Source of the DNA: Prorocentrum cordatum
Lineage: Eukaryota
Assembly: GCA_963575745.1 (NCBI GenBank)
Contig: CAUYUJ010000186.1
Span: 62,001-117,079 of the forward strand
Reading direction: 5' to 3'
DNA: 55,079 nt
Shown here: positions 45,910 through 55,079 of the stretch, in pieces
Position numbering within the stretch: the first letter of the stretch is position 1
Layout: every line of letters starts with the position of its first letter
Position numbers and translations under genes: made by a program
The notes under the pieces: model-generated
Seen by the model: only the letters and a program-made list of their open reading frames with translations
Told to the model about the DNA's origin: nothing
Database searches by the model: none

Positions 45910-47149
45910 CCCTGGGGCCCATGGTCGGTGTATGTCCCTTCCTTTTTCGACGTTGCCCATACGAGAGCATCGTGGCTGCTGCGCCCTTGCAGTGCCTAGA
46001 CATAAGGATTCCGACTTAGCGAAGCATTCCGACTTAGCGAAGCGCGAATACATAACCAACATGAGTGGGAAAATAGTAAGTGCCCTGAAGGCGAAGAGTA
46101 ATTAATAATGCGCAAGAGGAGCCGAACCGTGACCATATACGTAACATACTGGGAGGAACGTCGTGCAGGATGAGACGACATGCATGCGCAATACAACTAA
46201 ATGCTCGGTACAGCATCTGAGCGAATGAGCAATAGTTGAGCAGGCGACTGGCACATGGAAATGGCGAAAGTGTTTCAAAAGACGTCCACCCTCCCATATA
46301 CCTGTGACCCCCAACCATCCTTTATACTCAGTAGCTGGCCTATAGCGGTGAAAAGAATGAAGAAAAAGAGCAGGCGACTGACGCAGTGTATTCCTGCGTC
46401 TCCTCCTCCTCCTCCTCCTCCTCCTCCTCCTCCTCCCCCTCCTGTTTCTCCTCCTGTCTCTCTCTCTCTCTCTCTGTGTCGGCCTTGGTGCCGTGCAGAC
46501 GCGGCCATCCCCTTATCCTCCCCCTCTCCCTCCCCCTCCCCCTCCTCCTCCTCCTCCTCCTGATCCTCCTCTTCCCCCCCTTCCCCTTCTCCCCCTCATC
46601 TTCCACTTCCTCCTCCTTCTCCTCCTCCTCCTCCTTCTCATCTCTTCCTCTCTCGGCGATGGTGTGTACCGACGCGGCGCTCCCCTTTTCCTCCCCCTGT
46701 CCCTCTCCCTCTTCCTCCTCCTCCTCCTTTTCCTCCTCCTCCATTCGTTTTCCTTTATGAATAGCTCCTGCCTGTCGCACCCCGGGGGCAATGGGAAGGG
46801 CGGGCTGGGCGTTTCGCCTGAGACTCCCGCACAAGGTATGATCCTGAAGTTTCACGTCTGGAACAACTTCGCTGTTGGAAGACGGGTTGCTTCCCGAATG
46901 TGGTTTGTCCCTTAGCGCCGCGTAGTTCCGTCTTGAGAACTGTCAGCGCTTCACGTTTTGAGGGCGGGCCGCTTTCATCATGTGGCTCTCGCCTTTGCCG
47001 CGCGCGTATCCGTTTTTTATGTTAGCCAGCGCGGGCCCAAAGAAGTCGGTGCTTGCAGTCCATGTTATGCAATCTACGTGTTGCAATGTATGCGATACGA
47101 GTGCAACATATACTGTGCAATCAATGCGGTGCAATGTATGTGGTGCAAT

Positions 47150-50100
47150 TGACTACCCTGCACCGCGACTGACCACCTCCACTGCTCGCGCAAACATCCC
47201 ACCCACCCGCCCGCAACTTGGTCGCAAGACTTCTTAAGACAAGACCGTGACGGTAGGTACCACATGGCAGTTGGCCACGACACCGACGCCGACGACGACA
47301 GCGACAACGGCGACGACGGCGCCGCCGACACCGACTACGATGACACCGCCGACGTCGACGTCGACGAAGACGACGACGACGCCGACGCCGACGCCGACGA
47401 CGACGAAGACGACGACGACGTCGCCAACGAAGACGACGGCGATGGAGGAGGGAAGACGGCGACGACGCGAACGACGAAGAAGGAGGAAGGACGGCGACGC
47501 CGACGACGACAACGACGAGGGAGGAGGGAAGACGACGACGACGACGAAGACGACGACGACGAAATAGGAGGGACGACGACGAGACGCCGACGACGGACGA
47601 CGACGACGACGAGGGAGGAGGATAACGACGAGGGAGGAGTGAAGACGACGACGACGACGACGACGACGACGGCGACGAAAATAGGAGGGACCACGACGAA
47701 ACGCCGACGAAGACGACGAGGGAGGAAAGACGACCACGGCGACAACGACGACGGAAGCGACGACGACGCCAGGACGACGACGACGACGACGACGACGAGG
47801 AAAGACAGAAGACGACGACGGCGACGGCGACGACGACGGCGAGGGAACAGGGAGGACGACGACGACGACGCAAGAGCGCGCGCGCACGCTTTTGTTGAAA
47901 ATCCGTGTTGCGAAACTTTGTGTTTTTGTATGGCTTTCGGAGACACGACTTTGAAATCCTTCCGAAACCGATGGGTTTTGAAGGTTTTCGGCATGCGCGC
48001 GCGACGACGCGCGCGTCTGCACTTCGTGTCGTTTTTAGCAAAGGATTCTCGCGACGGCACACGCGCAAGGGCGTTCGACAGATTTCGACATGCGCACGCG
48101 ACGCCCGTTTAATAGCATTTTGTGGAAATCTTGAAAAACCCTTGGTTTTCTTAAGATTTCGCAAGAGCTCGCGCGGAAGCTTTTAAGCAAACCAATGTTG
48201 CGAAACCTGTGTTTTTGTATGTTTCTTGGAAACTCGATCCGGCACCGAAGGTTTTTGAAGGATTTCGGCATGCGCGCGCGACGACGCGCGCGTGTGCACT
48301 TCGTCCCGTTTTTTGCAAGGGATACGTGAAAAAGTGTTATGTTAGAACAAACTATGTCACCGCATAGTGTTTTTTCAATAAAAAAAGGACCCTCAGGGGG
48401 GGGATACCGGCCCCCCGGGGATAGTGCAAATTCATATTTAGAATGGACATGTGGTCATAATCATATGTGAGTTACATACCCGAAAAGGGGAGTGATAACG
48501 CTGGGGGGGGGGTAGATCCTATTCTGTTTTTTTTTTTTAGAAAAGGAAAATTAATCTCTGTCCGCAATGAGTTGTCCACTCCACTGCTCGCGCAAACATC
48601 CCACCCAACCCACCCGGAACTTGGTTTGCAAACCTCACGCGGCGGCGACTGCGATGAGTGCTTGGCGCTGGCTGGTGCATCTCTGCGGCCGCGCCAGTCC
48701 GCGCATGCGCGCGCGCAGCGGCCAGGTAGCTTGGCGCGACCGACGAGGTCGCGGTGGTGCTGACCGCTCGGCGCATCCCAGCGGGCAGTTAAGTGCGAGT
48801 CGGCGGCTTGGGCGGGCACGGTATCATGGCAGCGTCGACACTTGTAGACACGATGACGATGATAGTGCCGATGTTGGAAAGAGCGTGTTCTTCCGCTGCT
48901 GGCGGAAAACCAAAGGGGTCACTACCGGTTCGAACCCCTCCCCCCCCCTCCGGAAAACAGGGGGAGGTCACTACCGGTTCGAAGTTCGACCCCCCCCCCC
49001 AGTCCATCATGAAAAGGGGGGGGGTCACTACCGGTTCGAACCCCCCCCCCTCTCGAAAACCGGGGGGGGTCACTACCAGTTCGAACCCCCCCCCCTCGAA
49101 AACCGGGGGGGGGGGCGGACAGTGGTGGGGACGGTGGTGGTGGGGACAGTGGTGAGGGGACAGCGGGACAGTGGTGGGGACAGCGGGACAGTGGTGGGGA
49201 CGGTAGTGGTGGGGACAGTGGTGAGGACAATAATGGGAACAGTGGGGACAGTGGGACAGTGGTGGCGACGGTGGTGGTGGGGACGGTGGTGTGGGGACAG
49301 TGGGGATGTGGTGGAAACCATGGGACAGTGGATGGTACAGTGGTGGTGGGGACAGTGGTGGAGGCGGTGGCGAGGACGGCGGTGGGACAATTCGACAGAG
49401 GTGCAGTGGGGACAGTGGTGGGGACAGTGGGGACAGTGGTGGGAACAGTGGGACAGCTCAGTGGGACAGCGGAGGAGTCAGTGGGACAGTGGGGACAGTG
49501 AGGACAGTGGAGATAGTCGGGCAATGGTTGGGGCCGTGGAGAAAGCGGGGAGAGTGGAACCGTGGTGGGAACAGTGGTGGGGACAGCGGGGACAGTGCGA
49601 CAGTGGTGGGGGCACTGGTGGGGACAGTAGCGATGGTGGTGGAACCAGTGGGGACAGTGGTGGTGAGGACAGTGGTGCTGGGAACAACAGTGGGGATGTG
49701 GCGCGGACGGTGGTAGGGACCGGGAGCGTTTGCTGGCGGCGAGGGGGGGGGTGGGGAGGGGTTCGAACCGGTAGTGACCCCCCTCCGGTTTTCGAGGGGG
49801 GGGGGTCGAACCGGTAGTGACCCCCCGGTTTTCGAGGGGGAGGGGGGGGGGAGGAAGGGTTAGGGGGGGGGGGTTTGCCCGGGTGAGGGGAGGGGGGGGA
49901 TGGGGGGGGGTCCAGCAGGGGGGGGGGATTTTGGGAGGGGGGGGGGAACCCCGGGCTCTGGAGGAAGAGGGGGGAAATTTTCCATAGTAAAGCGGCGGTG
50001 GATCACGCTCTCTCCTATGTTGCTGACGATAGACGCGATGGTGATGATAACGGCGATGACGGCGCCGATGCCGATCACGCCAGCGACGATGATGGCGTCT

Positions 50101-52815
50101 TCGCGTCGGTGATGAAGGTTTTGGAAGGAATTCGACATGCGCGCGCTGCAGACGCGCGAGAGTTGTTCGCATGGTATTATCTGAAACGGATCGTGCCGAG
50201 CGTGCGCATGTTTTCTCTGTTGCGGGCGAAACCACGTGTTTTTCAATGTGTGTTTGGACATTCGGTTTGGAATCGATTCGGAACCAACAATTGAATCATT
50301 CCCGTATTCGTGCGCGACGACGCGCGCGCGTGCACTTCGTCACATGTTTTGCAGAGGGCTCTCGAAAACTTATGCTTCTTGATAAACGAGCGTGCGCGTA
50401 ATATTCTTCTGCGGAGGTTGACGGGGGGCGTCGATGCCAGCCTGGCTGGGATGGTTGGTATTTGGGATGCGCAATGTGGCAAAATCGCACGTAAATTGCG
50501 ATGCGAAGTGGGGTACGGATCATCCATGGGGGGGAGGAGCACCGATTTTCCCTAAAACTATCGAGGCGGTGCAACTAATGTAGTGCAATCGTCTGTGTTA
50601 TGGTTTTTGGAAAGCGCGTACGCGCGCATAGCATTTGTTGCACAAGATGATGTGGGGGGCGCGGATACTGGTCGGGCTGGGATGTATGAGTTCATATTTA
50701 AGATGGGCGATGGGGCATGTGTCGATTGTCCCCGGGGGTAGACTCTATTCTCTTGTCCAGACAGAGACTTGACTACCCTGCGCCGCGCTTGACCGCCCCC
50801 CCCATGCTCTTGAAAACGCCCCACCCGCCCATCCGCAACTTTGTTTACAAAAGACAAGCGACGGCGATTGCGATGAGTGCTTGGCATTGGCTGGCGCGCT
50901 TGGCACTTCCCAGCAAGCGCTGCAATGTTACTCGGTGATTTGGGCGGGCGCAGTATCGTGGCAACGTAGATGGCGGTAGACGCGATGATGACATTAGCGA
51001 TGGCGACGATGCTGACAACGACGCAAGGCCAATGATGGCGCCCATGCTGGTCGCGCCGACGACGACGACGGCGCCCTCGCGTCGGCGCTGAAGGTCATGG
51101 AAGGAGTTCGACATGTGCGCGCGGCCGACGCCCGAGAGTAGCCGCACTGTATTTTCCGACGCTGATCGCGCCCCCCTCCCCCAAAACAACACACGCACAA
51201 AAAAAACGCGCGCGCAGCGGCGTCCGAATGAATTCGGCGCGCGGCGCCAGGGGCTCGTTTGGCACAATATGCTGGGGAACCTTAAGGTTTCGGCATGCTC
51301 GCGCGACGACTCGCGCGCGTGCATTTCGCCCCGCGTTTGCAAATGAGTCTCGCGCCGGCACGCGCACGAGGGAGCCCGGGCGATTTTGACGCGCGCGCGA
51401 GGCCCGCTTGGTAGCTTCTTTGGAAAAGGATGATGCACCGATAATTGTCTTAATCGTCCGGAAATGCAAGCGTTTTTTCGGGGGTTTGAAAAACTGCGCT
51501 GCGTAACCATGTGGTTCTTATCTGTGTTTTGGGCACTCGATTCTGAAACCCTTGCGGAAACTATGGTTTGTGGAAGATATCCGCATGCGCGCGCGACAAC
51601 GCGCGCGCGCGCACTTCGTCTCGTTGTTGCAAGGGGTCGAGTGCGCGTGCAGAATATTCGTTGCAGAGGAGGGCGGGGGGGGGGGGGCAGGCCTGGCTGG
51701 GGGGTGATACGAATTCATATTCAAGATGGACGATGGGGCAAAGACAACACAGAGTTGCACGGCCCCACAAGGGCCGATCAGTTCGGGGGGGGTATAATCT
51801 GGTTCCTTCTTTAACGGGGGAACCCATGTGGTGCAGTTGATTTCTACCCATGATTTGTCACATCCGGCGCTCTTGCAAACATCTCACCCACCCACACGCA
51901 ACTTGGTTTGCAACACCTCTTCAGACCGACGACGACGACACCGGCGACAACGACTACGACGACACCGACGACGTCTCCGACGACGACGACGACGACAACG
52001 ACGCCGACGCCGGCGACGACGAAAACGACGACGACGACGCCAACGAAGGCGGCGACGAGGGAGGAGGAAGGACGACGACGGCGACAACGACGACAACGAC
52101 GACAACGACGAGGGAGGAGGGAGAACGGCGGCGACGCGAACGACGAAGAAGGAGGAAGGACGGCGACGCCGACGACGACAACGACGAGGGAGGAGGGAAG
52201 ACGACGACGACGACAACGACGACGACGACGACGGCGACGAAATAGGAGGAGCGACGATGAGACGCCGACGACGGACGACGACGACGACGGGGAGGAGGAG
52301 GAAGGACGACCACGGCGACAACGACGACGGAAACGACCACGACGCCAAAGAGGACGACGACGACGAACACGAGGAAAGACAGAGGACGACGTAGGCGACG
52401 ACGACGACGACGCGGCAGGAGGGAGGGCGGCGACGACGACGACGACAACGACGACGACGACGCAAGAGCGCGCGCACGCTTTTGTTGAAAATCCGTGTTG
52501 CGAAACGTTGGGTTTTTGTAGGTTTTTTGGACACACGATTTTGAAATCCTTCCGAAACCGATGGGTTTTGAAGGATTTCGGCATGCGCGCGCAACGACGC
52601 GCGCGTCTGCACTTCGTCCCGTTTTTTGCAAAGGATTCTCGCGACGGCACACGCGCAAGGGCGTTCGACAGATTTCGACATGCGCGCGCGCGCGAAGCCC
52701 GTTTGGTAGCATGTTGCGAAAATCTTGAAAAACCAATGGTTTTCTTAAGATTTCGCAAGAGCTCGCGCGAAGCTTTTTTAGCAAATCAGTGTTGCGAAAC
52801 CATGTGTTTTTGCAT
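47150..52815. repeat. Higher-order composite repeat with (GAC)n tracts; ~1-kb direct duplication of 47180-48225 at 51870-52820
   Basis: Shared blocks gcaaacatc..acccaccc (4x), gcgcgcgacgacgcgcgcg..cacttcg (6x) and ttcatatt..atgg (3x). Confidence 0.85.
48902..49845. mobile_element. Foldback-like element: modular inverted arms around a (GGGACAGTGGT)n minisatellite
   Basis: Four copies of GGGGTCACTACCRGTTCGAA at 48914-49085; two reverse-complement copies at 49760-49825; minisatellite at 49117-49720. Confidence 0.75.
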
Positions 52816-52911
52816 GTGTTTCCCAACCATGGTGTTGGGTCCTCGTTTTGACGAGACGTCGCCCCGCGTTCCTTCCTCCTCCTTCCTCCTCCTCCCCTCC
52901 CTCCCCCCTCC

Positions 52912-52947
<36 letters not shown>

Positions 52948-53081
52948 TATCAGCATTATCATCATTATCATCATCATCATCATCATCCTCGTCATCACCA
53001 TGATCATCATCGACATCATCGACGTCATCATCACCACCACCATCATCATCATCATCATCATCATCATCGTCATCGTCATCA

Positions 53082-53700
53082 CCCAATTCGGCACACCCCT
53101 CACACGTTTCGTGGCCGCATAGGGAGCTCCACCGAAGGCCCCTGTGGCTGCGTTCGCATGCGCCCACCGCACCCATTTCGGCGCACCCCTCACACGTTTC
53201 GTGGCCCCACAGGGAGCTCCACCGAAGGCCGCAATGGCTGCGTTCACATGCGCCCACCGCACCGATTTCGGCACACCCCTCACACGCTTCGTGGCCCCAT
53301 AGGGAGCCTCACCGAAGGCCCCCGTGGCTGCGTTCACATGCGCCCACCGCACCCAGTTCGGCACACCCCTCACACGTTTCGTGGCCCCACAGGGAGCTCC
53401 ACCGAAGGCCCCAGTGGCTGCGTTCACATGCGCCCACCGCACCCATTTCGGCACACCCCTCACACGTTTCGTGGCCCCATATGGAGCCTCACCCAAGGCC
53501 CCCGTGGCTGCGTTCGCATGCGCCCACCGCACCCAGTTCGGCACACCCCTCACACGCTTCGTGGCCCCATAGGGAGCCCCACCGAAGGCCCCAGTGGCTG
53601 CGTTCGCATGCGCCCACCGCACCCATGTCGGCACACGTTCACACGTTTCGTGGCCTCATAAGGAGTTCCACCGAAGGCCCCAATGGCTGCGTTCGCACAC
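53082..53700. repeat. 90-bp satellite, about 7 units
   Basis: cacacgYttc recurs at 53101, 53191, 53281, 53371, 53461, 53551 and ~53640. Confidence 0.97.
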
Positions 53701-54081
53701 GTGGGGGCTCGTTGTGGCGTTCGCCTTGCGCATGCGCTATCGGACGGTCGCACGTAGGTCGGAGGCTCAGAAGGACAAGACCATCGCTGATGTTTTGCAG
53801 TTGTGTTCTGCACTCGTTGGAGCGTTCGCTTTGCGTTCGCGTGGTTCAGAGGGTCGCGCGTTGGCTGGTGGGGAGGAAGCGCGGGGGTGGGTGGACATTC
53901 GTCGAGAGCTTTCGAGTGCGTAGAAGGACAAGACCATCGAGATGTTGTTGATTCTTCTCAACCATCCTGTGGTGTTGGGGTCTCGTTTTGAAGAGACGGC
54001 GCCCCGCGTTCCTCCTCCTCCTCTCCTCTCCTCTCATTCCTCCTCCTCTCTCCCCTCCTCCTCCCTCCCACCATCATATTC

Positions 54082-54700
54082 ACCTCTCGCGCGCTTCGTG
54101 GCCCCATACGGAGCTCCACCCGAAGTCCCAGTGGCGCAGCCCGTATGCGGTACGCGCTCAATTTTGGCACACCCCTCACACGTTTCGTGGCCCCATAGGG
54201 AGCTCCACCTATGGTCCCAGTGGCGCAGCCCGCATGCGGTACGCGCTCCATTTTGGCACACCCCTCACACGTTTCGTGGCCCCATAGGGATCCCCACCTT
54301 AGGCCACAGTGGCGCAGCCAGCATGCGGTACGCGCCCAATTTTGGCACACCTCGCGCACGTTTCGTGGCCCCATACGGAGCTCCACCCAAGGCCCCAGTG
54401 GCGCAGCTCGTATGCGGTACGCGCCCAATGCCCCATAGCGAGCTCGACCTATGGTCCCAGTGGCGCAGCCCGCATGCGGTACGCGCCCAATTTTGGCACA
54501 CCCCTCACACGTTTCGTGGTCCCAGTGGCGCAGCCCGCATGCGGTACGCGCCCAATTTTGGCACACCCCTCACACGCTTCGTGGCCCCATAGCGAGCTCC
54601 ACCTATGGTCCCAGTGGCGCAGCCCGCATGCGGTGCGCGCCCCATTTTGGCACACCCCTCACACGCTTCGTGGCCCCATAGGGAGCTCCACCCAAGGTCC
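54082..54700. repeat. 89-bp satellite variant, about 7 units, two with internal deletions
   Basis: ttcgtgg recurs at 54095, 54184, 54273 and 54362; the first half of the unit is shared with the 90-bp satellite. Confidence 0.95.
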
Positions 54701-54890
54701 TCAACCCCTCTTCTTCCCCTTCGGGTGGGGTTTACCCCTCCCCCCTACCCTCTCCCCCTGGGCCTGGAGAGGGCGCCTCGCGGGTCGTCAGGGGCATCAT
54801 GTTCGACTCCTGGGAGTGCTAAAAAAAAAACGACACCCCTCACGCGGATTCTGGCCCCGACGGGGGGGGGGGGTGCAGAAAAAACGCGGT

Positions 54891-55052
54891 CCTCTTCTTT
54901 GAAGCCAAACTCATTGATGTTACTACGGTTTTGGCCTCATTTTGGCCTTCTGAAGGGGCAGCGCTCCTTACCGCCCACCTCTTCTTTCAAGGCAAAATCA
55001 TTGAGTTTACGAAGGTTTTGGGCCCATTTTGCCCTTCTGAGGGGGCAGCGCT
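54891..55052. repeat. 87-bp tandem repeat, 2 units
   Basis: cctcttcttt...ggggcagcgct at 54891 and 54978. Confidence 0.8.
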
Positions 55053-55079
55053 AACAAGTGGCACGCGCGCCCTGGGGGC

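Noticed and set aside
46000..47150. Short ORFs and small duplications (ttccgacttagcgaagc x2; tgcaat repeats)
   Set aside because: No motifs or splice-compatible links were found; treated as intergenic.
48914..49095. tRNA genes suggested by GGTTCGAACCC
   Set aside because: No cloverleaf, A-box or acceptor stem; the motif is tandemly repeated.
53082..54700. Regular 89-90-bp repeats as a CRISPR array
   Set aside because: The whole unit repeats, with no unique spacers and no cas genes. It is a satellite.

Overview
GC-rich, repeat-dense eukaryotic DNA, almost certainly from a dinoflagellate. Evidence: a genomic copy of the 22-nt dinoflagellate spliced leader, GC/GA splice donors, and methyltransferase-bearing retrotransposons. 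Most long ORFs in the track are artefacts of microsatellites or GC bias. The supportable content is: (1) a minus-strand multi-exon host gene encoding an ADP-ribosyltransferase-fold protein, with 7 phase-compatible exons from 32820 down to ~11100 and possibly starting near 45440; several of its introns carry degenerate direct repeats at both ends with microsatellites just inside. (2) Two Ty1/copia LTR retrotransposons with 5-bp TSDs and iMet-type PBS, each with a C5-DNA-methyltransferase-like domain at a different position; one has 86-bp LTRs, the other has non-TG/CA ends and a pyrimidine tract where the PPT should be. (3) A near full-length LINE (APE-RT-RNase H) whose 5' end is a spliced leader plus a relict leader, joined to the 3' end of a CRE-type element. 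(4) A second decayed LINE, split by the short-LTR copia. (5) CRE and gag-like fragments, a 2-kb degenerate CCCTAA array, 87-90-bp satellites, a foldback element with B-box-like motifs and a higher-order repeat region. All calls are from manual reading; no searches were run.
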